A stretch of DNA of 64,000 nt from Nannocystales bacterium (GTDB taxonomy: Bacteria > Myxococcota_A > Polyangia > Nannocystales > Nannocystaceae), in NCBI GenBank assembly GCA_050633305.1, contig JBOEGF010000032.1:192001-256000 (forward strand), read 5' to 3'. A program made the translations under genes and the position numbers. The notes under the pieces are model-generated. The model was given only the letters and a program-made list of their open reading frames with translations. It ran no database searches and was not told the origin of the DNA. This document shows positions 37,901-47,275 of the stretch, in pieces; the first letter of the stretch is position 1, and every line of letters begins with the position of its first letter.

Positions 37901-38502
37901 TGGTCGTCTCCGCGTGCGCGACCCTCGTCGCGATCGCCGTCGTCCGTCCGGAACTCCTGACCGGCGGCATGCTCGACGAGGGCGGCGAGTACATCGACCT
38001 GGGCCCCTCGGAGGGCGACCCCAACTTCGACGAATCCCTCGATGATCCGGCTGTTGCCCCGAAGCCAGCGGCCAAGCCCGCGACACCCAATGATCCCAAG
38101 GCCCCCAAGGCCCCCGAGGCCCCCAAGGTCGGCGCCGAGGTCCCAACGCCCGGGACGGATGTCCCCGAGCCCCCCCCCGCCGACCTCGACCCGCTCCCCG
38201 AGTTGACGCCGGAGCCGGTCGAAGAACCCAGCACCCCGCGACCGGAAGCGCCGCGCAAACCGACGACGCCCAAGTCAGGCGACAAGCCGGCCAAACCCGC
38301 GACGCCCAAGCCCGGCAGCAAGCCGGCCAAGCCCAAGTCGGGCGGCGAGACCTCGAAGAAGCCCAAGGCTCAGGACAAGCCCGGGGCCCAAGGCAAGCCG
38401 AAGGCCGACGACAAACCCAAGGCCGACGACAAGCCCAAGTCCGACGACAAACCCAAGGCCGACGCGCCCGAGCTGCCCAGCGCGCCGAAGTTCGACTTCT
38501 GA
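34945..38502 (+). CDS. DUF4388 domain + Ser/Thr kinase + TM + Pro/Lys-rich extracytoplasmic tail
   Basis: N-terminal GQITDLPVVELL...KTG...WFREG; kinase IARGGMGTV, ALK, HCDFSPQN, DFG, GKPAYLAPEQ; TM IVIGMVVSACATLVAIAVV. Start may instead be the GTG near 34993. Confidence 0.88.
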   Translation: MAGSYPPTGHGGREQRVSDERAAFAGQITDLPVVELLRTISNGKKTGVARFETNLGTATVWFREGTLVDADMGRFHMGDAVRRLIATDAGSFEVEFKPVTRRRLIQENTSDLLAHTPQPASKPTAKPAPATGSKRESKPKLPPLADDARTGPRPRTRAAAGWKPTAGGTGRDGGAGAASPDMLRRLEALRRAADRQPPRPDVLNTTAALGTRSPVKSEPTGRSTGETPQAGLEALNRLAQKAAKTQADPASSATSPNAPEPKAPRTEQNGPPEAERQTDRAQGRGGRLDAVPPATPHATPATPPQPIEVESELDLEMATRAVQAPQAPQATPAPAAAPSTPSQPEPAPPPPATPREAVTARPGRSRGPRPTAAIESRRAKRTSSGIPAQSSARTGETTTPGRTKKDANGWTFVDPNLAKEAQVEEDHRADQTMMRMGPLQLPQAASKRPGGKRKPPRAQPANRQAHPTRVDPSEDLSDPLPIGTSWSAPAHVAAPRSKPIDSERNDSAGGEIGKGSRPSAGKTVVAFAPDAPSNPDPGGTMTHGFRPITDAEGPDGQVPGPNAAGLAPRSPAAPKRKPSGTTPPGDATSAGGGAQVGRYEVLLRIARGGMGTVYLCQVTGTGGFRRLFALKVIRDHLSRNEEYVRMLLQEARIASRLHHPNVVGIVDIGNLANQHYLVMDYVEGCTLSELLKVHRKTRPPHLIIPIVLDALTGLHAAHSLTDDDGSPLTLVHCDFSPQNMLVGTNGICQITDFGIARASNALPERSSITRGKPAYLAPEQITGRPFDHRADIFASGVVLWNALTGEQLFKGDTPEEVLDKVLNMQIPAPSTVGLRPPKKLDKVVLRALERDPARRYQSAEEMLIELRKVAIGSDLLAPSSEVAQWVADTFGAQLELRRQAAGLSPNNTASAKQPAAPAEVTALALRDDAPGADDSATHALLSHQGPASDASNTMMLQSGKAPAAAPTERASDAVLGDRARKIVIGMVVSACATLVAIAVVRPELLTGGMLDEGGEYIDLGPSEGDPNFDESLDDPAVAPKPAAKPATPNDPKAPKAPEAPKVGAEVPTPGTDVPEPPPADLDPLPELTPEPVEEPSTPRPEAPRKPTTPKSGDKPAKPATPKPGSKPAKPKSGGETSKKPKAQDKPGAQGKPKADDKPKADDKPKSDDKPKADAPELPSAPKFDF
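38395..38463 (+). repeat. 18-bp degenerate repeat encoding KPK(A/S)DD, about 4 copies
   Basis: KPKADDKPKADDKPKSDDKPKAD at the kinase C-terminus. Confidence 0.8.
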
Positions 38503-38563
38503 GCCGTCGCGCCCCCCGGGGTGCGCACGCGCGCCGTCCGTCAGCGGGTTGGGAGCCGGCGGC

Positions 38564-40033
38564 TCAGCTTGCGCCCTTGTGGAACAAAACCGTCGGCACG
38601 GTCTTCAGCAGGATCTTGATGTCGAGCCAGAAGCTCCAGCTGTCGATGTACTCGAGGTCCAGTTGCATCCACTCGTCGAAGTCGACCTGGTTGCGGCCAC
38701 TGACCTGCCACAGCCCCGTGAGTCCCGGTTTGACCGAGAGACGGCGACGCTGCCACGCCTCGTAGTCGTCCACCTCCGACGGCAACGGAGGCCTCGGTCC
38801 TACGAGACTCATGTCGCCCATCACGATGTTGAAGAACTGCGGAAGCTCGTCGATGCTCGTCTTGCGAATGAACCGACCGACCGCGGTGATTCGTGGATCC
38901 CGCTTGATCTTGAACACCGGCCCGCCCATTTCATTGAGGTGCATCAACGCGGCCTTCTTGGCCTCGGCGTCGATCACCATCGAGCGGAACTTGTACATGG
39001 TGAACTTGCGACCGCTGCGACCCGCGCGGACCTGCTTGAACAGTACCGGGCCCTTCGAGTCGAGCTTGATGGCCAGCGCCGCGACGATCATGATCGGGCC
39101 GGCGAGGACGATGCCGACCACACCGCCCAGGATGTCCAGCAGCCGCTTGCCCACCAACTGAGCCTCTGCCGTCGGCGTTCGGCGGAGTCCGATCATCGGC
39201 TGGTTCACGCCCGAGACGTTCGCCAGCTCCATCTTGCCGCTCGCCGGAACCTGGGGGGGAAGCGTGAGAAGCACGTCGACGCCTCGGTCGTCGCACGCGG
39301 AGAGCGCCTCGCGGAACGTGTCTGGAGACTTTCCGGGGACCGCGAAGACGACCTCATCCACTGGCATCCGGTCCAGCAGGGCATCCAAGGAGCCGACATA
39401 GCCCAAGCGGGGACGGGCCTGTGGGCTGCTCGACTCGCCCATCACGCCAACGAAGCCCTGAATCTCGAGCCGGATCGGGCTTGCTTCGCTGAGCTGTTGC
39501 GCGAACTCGACCGCCCGCGGGCCGGTTCCGACGATCACCACGCGGTGGGCGTCACCGCGCCGGCGCCGGGCCATACGCACGGCCTCCAACAGCAGCACCC
39601 GACCCGAGGTGAGCGCGATCAACTGAAGCACCGCGAACAGGATCACGAACGTCCGAGAAATGAACGTCAGCTTGAAGAGGAAGGCGAGCAGGATCAGCAT
39701 CCCGACGCCCATCGTGGCGGCCTGTAGGTATCGCCACGCGATGCGACGGTGCGCGATTCGGAAGTCGTAGGACTTCGTGTACTGGAGCGAGAGCGCCCAA
39801 AGCGGCAGCAATGCGAGCAGCAGGAGCTGGTAGTCCTCCGGCGCCAAAGGCGGGGGACGCTCCCCGTACCACGCAACCACGCGGCGCACGAAGCCCGACA
39901 CCTCGGCGGGATCGCGAGCGGCCTGTCCCACCCAACTACGGAGGAACAGAGCGAGAACGAAGGCCCCGGCGCTGACGATCGTATCGACCCCCAGGAGCAC
40001 GCGACGGACAAAGGTGGTTCTGCGACGCCACAT
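38564..40033 (-). CDS. Priming polyprenyl glycosylphosphotransferase (WcaJ/WbaP/EpsZ-like sugar transferase)
   Basis: N-terminal TMs, CoA-binding-like VVIVGTG, KRLLDI, YKFRSM, DPRIT, RKTSIDELPQ, GDMSLVGPRP and KPGLTGLWQV. Confidence 0.93.
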   Translation of the reverse strand: MWRRRTTFVRRVLLGVDTIVSAGAFVLALFLRSWVGQAARDPAEVSGFVRRVVAWYGERPPPLAPEDYQLLLLALLPLWALSLQYTKSYDFRIAHRRIAWRYLQAATMGVGMLILLAFLFKLTFISRTFVILFAVLQLIALTSGRVLLLEAVRMARRRRGDAHRVVIVGTGPRAVEFAQQLSEASPIRLEIQGFVGVMGESSSPQARPRLGYVGSLDALLDRMPVDEVVFAVPGKSPDTFREALSACDDRGVDVLLTLPPQVPASGKMELANVSGVNQPMIGLRRTPTAEAQLVGKRLLDILGGVVGIVLAGPIMIVAALAIKLDSKGPVLFKQVRAGRSGRKFTMYKFRSMVIDAEAKKAALMHLNEMGGPVFKIKRDPRITAVGRFIRKTSIDELPQFFNIVMGDMSLVGPRPPLPSEVDDYEAWQRRRLSVKPGLTGLWQVSGRNQVDFDEWMQLDLEYIDSWSFWLDIKILLKTVPTVLFHKGAS

Positions 40034-40207
40034 AGGTGGGCAAGGCCAGACGAGCGCAACCGGGCGGCGGGACCGAGCGAAATGCGCAGCGACCGCGACC
40101 GAGGGGCATGGTGTCAGGTTTCGACGACCGTGAAAAGGCCGAGAACGCGCCTCATGCGTTCCCGATCGTGACCCGACGATGGGTCCCGCGGAAGCCCGCG
40201 GCGCGGT

Positions 40208-42277
40208 ATGCTAACCACCTTCCCGAGCCCGATGGTCAACTCGAATCGAACTGGCCGAACTCTCGTTCCCGGCATGCAACACGCCTCCCAGGGCACCGGC
40301 CACGGTCTCGGCGGCCCGGCTGGGGGCGCGGGCGGCAATGGAGCGGGCCTCGACGCCATGTTGGAGGTTGTCGGAGACAGCCCCGCGGCGGGATCGGCCC
40401 ACGCGTTCTTCCTCGTGATCAGTGGGTCCGAACCGGGCCGGCTTCACGTCCTGGAAAAACAGGAGCTGGTGATCGGTCGCAGCAAATACGCCGACATCCG
40501 CATCAGCGAGCGGGCGATGTCCCAGCAGCACGCCAAGGTCGTGCAAACCGCGGAAGGACATCGGCTCTACGACTTGGGCTCCACCAACGGGACGTTCGTC
40601 AACGACAACCAGATCGAGTCCGTCGACCTGCGTGCGGGCGACGTCGTCCGCACCGGTGAGACGGTGTTCACGTACATGGCCTCGGGCTCCGGCGCCCCGA
40701 TGGATGGTGGCGTTGGCGGACGTGGCGACAGCACCGTCGCCCTCCCCAACCGGCCACGAGGAGCCGCCCCGCCCCCCGCCGCAACACCCCTGATCGCTGC
40801 GCCACTGCCGGGCGCGCAGCCCACCGGCGGCGGTGCACTGGCCCTGCGTTCACAGGTTGCCCCCGCCGCGGTGGCGATGACGCCTCAGGTCATCGGTGTC
40901 CCCGCCGCCGCCCCCGTCGACGAGGAGAGCGATCCCATCGGGATGCTCATCAAGGTCCTCGACTTCGCGAAGCGGTATTGGCTGCAGATCGCGATCTTCA
41001 CAGTCCTCGGCGCCGGGTTGGGCGTCGCGAGTTACAAGTTCGCAAAGCCGCCGGCGGTCGCCACGTTCGAGGTGCAGCTCATCCAGCCGCCGACCGACAA
41101 CATGATGACCAAGGGCCGACGGATGAACTTCGAGTTCTTCCGGTCCGCCCAGAAGAGCTTCCGCCGCCCGGCGATCATTCGCGCATCGCTCGAGGCGCTC
41201 GGCGAAGAAGACTCCTCGCAGAACCGACTGCGGAAGGTCCGCGACTCCCTGGTCTTCAAGCAGGCCAACCGTCGGCAAGCCAAAGATGTCTACGAAGGCA
41301 GCTACAAGGCTGCAACGGCTGACGACGCGCTCGAGTACCTGCGCGTCCACCTCAAGATCTTCATCGATGCCGAGATCGACAAGGCCATGAAGGTCTTGCA
41401 CGTCGAGGTGGAGACGCTGGAGAAGAAGCTCAAGCAGGCGGACGAGGACCTCAGCGCCACCGAGCAGGCGGTGATGGCGTTCCGCCAAGAGCACAGCGAG
41501 GGCCTGCCCGAGCAAGCCCAAGCGATGTACCAGGAGTTGATGACCCTGCGCTCCGCGAAGGGAGCCACGGCGGGCGCCGTCACGCGGGCATCCGAGGAGC
41601 TTCGAAACCGACGCAAGCAGCTCAAGTCCAAGGCGCCCGAGTTGCAGACCCGCATCGACCTGGCGCGCCCCTACGAGGACTCGATCTCCGAGATCAACCG
41701 ATCCCTGGGAGAAGCCCGGGCAGCAGGGAAGGCCTCCCAGCACCCCGACGTCATCAAGCTCAAGCGACAAAAAGCCAGCCTCGAGAAACAGCGGGATCAG
41801 GTCCTCAAGAACGGCGGCAGCAAGATCGTTCGCGAGAGCAACCCGGCGTATGAGGGCCGACGTGAGGCCAAGGACTCGGCCGAGGCTGAACTCCGAATCG
41901 CACAGTCTCAGCTCGGTCGCCTGACCAACGACATGGACCGGGCCAAGAAACTGGTCGCGGCGCTGCCCAGGCTCCAGCGCGAGTACGCGGAGCTGACACG
42001 CAGCTACGAGGCCACCACCGCCGTCCGCAAGCGCGTGTTCGACAACCTCGAGTCGAGCCGGATCCAGCTCGACCTCGAGCGCGCGTCCGCTGCGACCCGG
42101 TACGACATCACGACGCCGCCGAACGTCGAGCCGGTCAAGAAGGTCAAGACGATCGTTACACGGGCGGGCGCGCTGGGCATCCTCGGGTTCGGGTTTGCGA
42201 TTTTCCTGGGCTTGCTGCGCGACCTCCGTCGGGTGCTCGCCACCCGCATGGCACAGCGCGGCTCCGGGCGCGCCTAG
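40208..42277 (+). CDS. FHA domain fused to a polysaccharide co-polymerase (Wzc/GumC-like, no tyrosine-kinase domain)
   Basis: FHA motifs IGRS, SQQHA, DLGSTNGTFVN; Pro/Ala linker; TM1 WLQIAIFTVLGAGLGV; long coiled coil with HPDV and LPRLQREYAELTRSYE; TM2 GALGILGFGFAIFLGLL; short tail. Start uncertain. Confidence 0.82.
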   Translation: MLTTFPSPMVNSNRTGRTLVPGMQHASQGTGHGLGGPAGGAGGNGAGLDAMLEVVGDSPAAGSAHAFFLVISGSEPGRLHVLEKQELVIGRSKYADIRISERAMSQQHAKVVQTAEGHRLYDLGSTNGTFVNDNQIESVDLRAGDVVRTGETVFTYMASGSGAPMDGGVGGRGDSTVALPNRPRGAAPPPAATPLIAAPLPGAQPTGGGALALRSQVAPAAVAMTPQVIGVPAAAPVDEESDPIGMLIKVLDFAKRYWLQIAIFTVLGAGLGVASYKFAKPPAVATFEVQLIQPPTDNMMTKGRRMNFEFFRSAQKSFRRPAIIRASLEALGEEDSSQNRLRKVRDSLVFKQANRRQAKDVYEGSYKAATADDALEYLRVHLKIFIDAEIDKAMKVLHVEVETLEKKLKQADEDLSATEQAVMAFRQEHSEGLPEQAQAMYQELMTLRSAKGATAGAVTRASEELRNRRKQLKSKAPELQTRIDLARPYEDSISEINRSLGEARAAGKASQHPDVIKLKRQKASLEKQRDQVLKNGGSKIVRESNPAYEGRREAKDSAEAELRIAQSQLGRLTNDMDRAKKLVAALPRLQREYAELTRSYEATTAVRKRVFDNLESSRIQLDLERASAATRYDITTPPNVEPVKKVKTIVTRAGALGILGFGFAIFLGLLRDLRRVLATRMAQRGSGRA

Positions 42278-42329
42278 AGAGCACCCTCGGCCCGCCCCCG
42301 CGGGTCCGGGGCGGCAAAGCCGGTCCGGC

Positions 42330-43694
42330 TCAGCGACGACCGCCGCTGGCGGCATCGGAGTTTCCGCGCGTCGACCGGGTGACCGCGCCCTGGCCACCGC
42401 CGCCAACCTCTTGCCCGCCGCGGGCTGTGCCGGCTCCGATTCGGTAGGCGACGTACAGCCAGGCTTCGGACTGGCCTAGGGAGAAGTCCTCCGCTGCGAG
42501 GTGGGGGGCGCGGGCCGTCGCCAGCAGTCCGAACTCGAACTGCTGCTCGTCCGAGATCTGGTACGTGACCGGGAGCGCGACCCGGAACTGGCTCTCCGTG
42601 ACCGGCCGAGTCGATTCCCCGTCCAAGCTCTCCCGCGGCGCTCGTGGATCCCGGGTGGCGTTGGTGATCGCCCCGACCATCCCGCGAATGGACCAACGCG
42701 GAGGCAGGGACACCTGGACCGATGCGTTGAGCGTCGCACGCGGGCTGAGGTCGATCTGAACGCGATCGAAGTAGGGGGTGAGACCAGCCGAGAGCGTCGC
42801 GTCCACGCTGTGGCTCGCGCTGCGAACGAGCCCGCCGGTCACCGATGCCAAAGCGACGGGCAGCACGGGCACGTCGTCGGTTCGAGTGTTGCCGAGCCCG
42901 GCCGATCCGAACACGCCCGCGCCCACCGTCGATTGCAGCGACGGACGGATGTCGCGGCGCCACTGTCCCACCGCTTGCGCGGTCATGAACTGCGTGTCGC
43001 CAGAGTTGTAGTCGAAGTAACCCGGGGTGACCTCGACCTCCACGGAGTCGGCTTGCGAGACTCGAGTGTCGAGCGACACCGCTCCATTGATGCTGAGCTG
43101 CTCGGGAATTCCTGCCGAGGACAACTGCTGGCTGTCGTCAGTGACCTCGGGGATGCCCAAGGGTGTCCGGTAGACGATGTCCGTTCGAAGCCCCAGCGTG
43201 TGGCGGCGGGTGAGTCGGCCCTCAGCGCTCAGGCCCGCCGAGCCCACCGCGATCTGAAGGACCGATGCCTCTGTCCGTGAGACGTTCGGAGCATCGGCTC
43301 CGTCGCCGATGATCTCCGGTGCCGCGTTGTACCCGACCTCCCCGACGCTGCCGCCGAGGTTCACGCCCAACGTCCAGCGAGCGTCCACAGGCTGCCGCAC
43401 GGTTGCGTACGCTTGATGCAGAAGCAACGGGAGGTCGGCATCGAGCAGGTTGGGTTCACGATGCTGAACCCGAGGCGTGTAGCCGAGATTGAACAAGGTT
43501 CCACGGCGGGACTCGACCTCCATGTCGACGTCGGGAGTCAGAATCACAAGGACCGTCGGGACCGCCGACTCTTGGGGGGCGGGTGGCGCCCAACCACCGC
43601 GAACCTCGATCGCCGCACCACCAGACACATCCACACGGGACGCGGCGGGGTCCGCTGCGAACCACAGCGCGGCGAGAAGGCTCAACGAACTCAT
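42330..43694 (-). CDS. Putative outer-membrane beta-barrel porin for polysaccharide export
   Basis: Signal peptide, many amphipathic strands (FNLGYTP, WTLGVNLGGS), directly downstream of the OPX gene. Confidence 0.65.
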   Translation of the reverse strand: MSSLSLLAALWFAADPAASRVDVSGGAAIEVRGGWAPPAPQESAVPTVLVILTPDVDMEVESRRGTLFNLGYTPRVQHREPNLLDADLPLLLHQAYATVRQPVDARWTLGVNLGGSVGEVGYNAAPEIIGDGADAPNVSRTEASVLQIAVGSAGLSAEGRLTRRHTLGLRTDIVYRTPLGIPEVTDDSQQLSSAGIPEQLSINGAVSLDTRVSQADSVEVEVTPGYFDYNSGDTQFMTAQAVGQWRRDIRPSLQSTVGAGVFGSAGLGNTRTDDVPVLPVALASVTGGLVRSASHSVDATLSAGLTPYFDRVQIDLSPRATLNASVQVSLPPRWSIRGMVGAITNATRDPRAPRESLDGESTRPVTESQFRVALPVTYQISDEQQFEFGLLATARAPHLAAEDFSLGQSEAWLYVAYRIGAGTARGGQEVGGGGQGAVTRSTRGNSDAASGGRR

Positions 43695-43704
43695 CGGGGT
43701 CGAC

Positions 43705-44325
43705 CTACTCGACTACGAGGACATCGCCGTCACGCAACACGATCTTGCTCGGGCATTCCACGCCGCCAGCGAGGTCGTAGTAGTTGAACCGCACCCGGAC
43801 CCGCTGCGGGTACTTGCGCACGAGGTAGATGCTCTTCACGTCGGCGAACTCGGTCAGGCCACCGGCGAGGGCGAGGGCCGCGAGCAGCCCCTCTTCGTGC
43901 TCCATCGGGAACCGACCCGGGCTGCGAACTTCTCCGACCACCGACACATACGGAAAACGCTGGTTGACGACCGAGATGTTCGCGTCCGGGTTGACGACAA
44001 TGCCGTTGAGACGTGCGTTGAGTTTTCGCTCCGCCGCCTCGAGCGTCAGGTCGGCGACCTCGAGCGCACCGACGAGGGGCAGAATCACGCTTCCATCGGC
44101 GGTGACCGTGTAGGGATCCCGCGCCTGCAATTCTTCCATGCGCGGAACCGTGACCACCACCTGGTCGCCTGCGCGCAGCGGTGTATCGCCCACCGACACG
44201 TCGGCATCCGGGACGTCTTTGCACTGCACGTACGGATGTTGCGGCTTGCAGCCGGACAGGGCCAGGACGCCAGCGATGGCGAGAATCATCGTTCCAAGGG
44301 GTCGCGTGCCCACGAGCGCCATCAT
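43705..44325 (-). CDS. Short OPX/Wza-like polysaccharide export protein (Poly_export + one SLBB domain)
   Basis: LRAGDQVVV, VTADGSVILPLVG, VVGEVRSPG, ALAGGLTEFAD, LRDGDVLVVE; ends without an outer-membrane helix; lipobox-like LSGC. Confidence 0.88.
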   Translation of the reverse strand: MMALVGTRPLGTMILAIAGVLALSGCKPQHPYVQCKDVPDADVSVGDTPLRAGDQVVVTVPRMEELQARDPYTVTADGSVILPLVGALEVADLTLEAAERKLNARLNGIVVNPDANISVVNQRFPYVSVVGEVRSPGRFPMEHEEGLLAALALAGGLTEFADVKSIYLVRKYPQRVRVRFNYYDLAGGVECPSKIVLRDGDVLVVE

Positions 44326-44498
44326 CGACCCGAGGCGACCCAAGCGCAACCTGGTGGGAGACGAGGACACTCGCGCCCTGCAATTGTCCAGGATCGCGCC
44401 ATCGGGGCCATCCCCTGGCCCGTCCTAACACCTCGGGTTCGCCATGAAACCGTGGCCATCGGTACATCTGACGGTATGCTTGTATGGAGGGACCCACG

Positions 44499-44858
44499 AT
44501 GGACGAGACCGCCAACGACACGAGCGCCGCAGAGCGCCGCGAATTCCCGCGGATCCAGGCGCCCATCTACTGCAGGCCGGCACACCGCCGCTTGCGGCGT
44601 CGCAAGGTGGTCGACGTAGGGCTCGGAGGCATGCGGGTCTACAGCGACGAACCGTTCGCCATCGGCGCTCGGTTCGAAGTCGAGCTGTTCATGTCCGACG
44701 GGGACAGTGTCAATTGCCTCACCGAGGTCATGTGGACCCGGCCGATCCCCGGTGGCCAGCCCGCCCCCTTCGATGTCGGCCTGAAGTTCCTCCACGTCCC
44801 CGAAGCTGGGTACGCGAAGCTGACGGCCCTGCTCGAAGTCTCAGGCGACCGCAGCTAG
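44499..44858 (+). CDS. Stand-alone PilZ domain protein
   Basis: ERREFPR (RxxxR) and DVGLGG (variant of DxSxxG), plus EVMW and GLKF. Confidence 0.85.
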   Translation: MDETANDTSAAERREFPRIQAPIYCRPAHRRLRRRKVVDVGLGGMRVYSDEPFAIGARFEVELFMSDGDSVNCLTEVMWTRPIPGGQPAPFDVGLKFLHVPEAGYAKLTALLEVSGDRS

Positions 44859-44913
44859 ACAAACCCCGCCCCGTCGCCCGTCCCTCCTGAGGGGGCTCAG
44901 GGCGAAGCCAGCG

Positions 44914-45750
44914 CTACGACGTGAGCTGATCCAGCACCGCCGCAACGTTGTCGCGCCAGTGTGGCATCGGACCCAACAACGCCTCGGTCGGCGCGAGATC
45001 CAGGACCGAGTACGCCGGCCGCACCGCAGGCCTTGGAAAGGCCTCGGACGAACAGGGCTGGACGTCGCAGTCGGGGTTCACGGTGGCAATCACCGCCGCC
45101 GCAAACTCATGCCACGTGCACTCGCCACCATCGGTGACATGCAGCGTTCCCCGAGCACCCGCCTCGAGCAGGCCCAGCGACGCGGACGCAAGATGCTGCG
45201 CGCTGGTGGGTCGCCCTCGCTGGTCGTCGACGACCTGAAGGGTGTCCCGCTCGGCACCCAACTTGCGCATCGTGAGTACGAAGTTCTTTCCCCAGGGCGC
45301 ATACAGCCAGCTCGTGCGCAAGATGAGGTGCTCGGCATTCGACGCCCGGATGAGCGTCTCGCCATGCGCCTTGCCCCGACCGTATGCGTTGACCGGGTCG
45401 TGCGCGCCATCCGTCGGGTATGGGACGGTCGCATCGCCAGCAAAGACGTAGTCGGTGCTGTAGTGCACGAGCACGCTGCCTGCCTCCGCACAACAGGCCG
45501 CCAGCCGCCCGACCGCATCGCCGTTGAGCGCAGTGGCCTGCGCCTCTTGGGCCTCGGCACCATCGACGTCGGTCCAGGCAGCGCAGTTGATCACACGGCC
45601 GTACCCGCCCTCTGAAACGCGGGCCAGCGACGCCTCGGACGTGAGGTCGAAGTCTGGGAACGAGACCGACTCGAAGGGCAGCCCCTTCTCCTCGAGCAGG
45701 TTCTTCCACGCCTGGCCCAGCATCCCATCGGGGCTGATCAGTAGGTCCAT
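44914..45750 (-). CDS. rmlD: dTDP-4-dehydrorhamnose reductase
   Basis: GMLG, NCAAWTDVDGAE, STDYVF, YGRGK, LRTSWLY, VDDQRGRPT and RPAYSVL. Confidence 0.93.
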   Translation of the reverse strand: MDLLISPDGMLGQAWKNLLEEKGLPFESVSFPDFDLTSEASLARVSEGGYGRVINCAAWTDVDGAEAQEAQATALNGDAVGRLAACCAEAGSVLVHYSTDYVFAGDATVPYPTDGAHDPVNAYGRGKAHGETLIRASNAEHLILRTSWLYAPWGKNFVLTMRKLGAERDTLQVVDDQRGRPTSAQHLASASLGLLEAGARGTLHVTDGGECTWHEFAAAVIATVNPDCDVQPCSSEAFPRPAVRPAYSVLDLAPTEALLGPMPHWRDNVAAVLDQLTS

Positions 45751-45751
45751 C

Positions 45752-46321
45752 TCAGCCGACCTCCGGCTCGGAAAACGGTGGAAGCGTGTCGGGGGGGATC
45801 GCAGAGAGTCGCGGATACACTTTGTCTTTCTCCGAGAGGGAGGGCTCCGCGACGGGCCATTCGATGCCGACCTCGGGGTCGTTCCACAACACCCCGTGTT
45901 CGCACTCCGGGTGGTATCCGTCGGTGCACTTGTACGAGAACAGCGCTTCGTCGGAGGTCACGCAAAAGCCGTGAGCAAACCCGGGGGGAACGTAGAACTG
46001 GCGGTGGTTGTCGGCGGAAAGCGTCACCCCGACCCATTGCCCGAACGTCGGGGATCCGCGCCGAACATCGACTGCGACGTCGAACACCTCGCCTTGCAGC
46101 ACTTGAACGAGCTTTCCTTGCCCGTGGGGATGCTGCAGATGCAACCCGCGCAGCACCCCTCGCGACGACTTGGAGAGGTTGTCCTGAACGAACGGAGCGG
46201 CGATGCCAGCCTCCGCGTACCGCTGTGTCGAGTATGTCTCCTTGAAGAAGCCGCGGCTGTCCCCGAACACCCGGGGTTCGATGATCACGAGCCCGGGGAT
46301 CTTGGTGGTCTCGACCTTCAC
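45752..46321 (-). CDS. rmlC: dTDP-4-dehydrorhamnose 3,5-epimerase
   Basis: [41 protein letters not shown] and LSEKD. Confidence 0.96.
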   Translation of the reverse strand: MKVETTKIPGLVIIEPRVFGDSRGFFKETYSTQRYAEAGIAAPFVQDNLSKSSRGVLRGLHLQHPHGQGKLVQVLQGEVFDVAVDVRRGSPTFGQWVGVTLSADNHRQFYVPPGFAHGFCVTSDEALFSYKCTDGYHPECEHGVLWNDPEVGIEWPVAEPSLSEKDKVYPRLSAIPPDTLPPFSEPEVG

Positions 46322-47217
46322 CGAAGTGACTCCGAGGCGTTGGCCAACCGCGCAAGGTACTGGCCGTACTCGGTCTTCTTGAGCGGGTCAGCCAACGCTG
46401 CGAGGGCCTCCGTGTCGATCCAGCCCGCGCGGTACGAGATTTCCTCGGGGCATGCGATCTGCAGCCCCTGGCGTTGCTCGATCGTCTGGATGAAGTTGGC
46501 CGCCTGCATGAGCGCGTCGGGGTTGCCAGTGTCGAGCCACGCGAACCCGCGGCCGAGTCGCTCGACCCGCAGCTTGTCCTGCTCGAGGTACCGACGGTTG
46601 AGGTCAGTGATCTCCAGCTCCCCACGAGGCGAGGGTTTGAGCGATGCCGCGAGGTCGCAGACCTGGTTGTCGTAGAAGTACAAGCCGGTGACGGCCCAGT
46701 TGGACTTGGGCTTGGCCGGTTTCTCCTCGAGGCTGAGGCAGCGCCCTTCCCCGTCGATTTCCGCCACGCCGTAGGCTTGTGGTTCCTTGACCCAGTAGCC
46801 AAACACCGTGGCACCCTCCTGAGTCGAGGCCGCCTTGCCCAGCAGCTCGGGCAGGCTCGCGCCGTAGAAGATGTTGTCGCCCAGGACCAGGCAGCACCCT
46901 TCGTCGCCAACGAAGTCCTTGCCGATGATGAACGCCTGCGCGAGCCCGTCGGGGCTGGGCTGAACGGCCCACTGGATGTTCATGCCCCACTGGCTTCCGT
47001 CGCCAAGCAGCCGCTGGAACATCTCTTGCTCGTGCGGAGTCGTGATGATCAGGACGTCCCGAATCCCCGACAGCATCAGCGTCGAGAGCGGGTAGTAGAT
47101 CATCGGCTTGTCGTACACCGGCATCAGCTGCTTGCTGACGCCCTTGGTGAGCGGATGCAACCGGGTTCCCGACCCGCCTGCGAGGATGATGCCCTTTGTG
47201 ATTCCAGTGCTGCTCAT
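46318..47217 (-). CDS. rmlA: Glucose-1-phosphate thymidylyltransferase
   Basis: [52 protein letters not shown] and GFAWLDTG. Confidence 0.97.
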   Translation of the reverse strand: MSSTGITKGIILAGGSGTRLHPLTKGVSKQLMPVYDKPMIYYPLSTLMLSGIRDVLIITTPHEQEMFQRLLGDGSQWGMNIQWAVQPSPDGLAQAFIIGKDFVGDEGCCLVLGDNIFYGASLPELLGKAASTQEGATVFGYWVKEPQAYGVAEIDGEGRCLSLEEKPAKPKSNWAVTGLYFYDNQVCDLAASLKPSPRGELEITDLNRRYLEQDKLRVERLGRGFAWLDTGNPDALMQAANFIQTIEQRQGLQIACPEEISYRAGWIDTEALAALADPLKKTEYGQYLARLANASESLR

Positions 47218-47275
47218 CGATTCGCTTCAACTGTTCGTCGGTTGACTGTCGGTCGGGCCGCGCGAGGCGGCCGGC

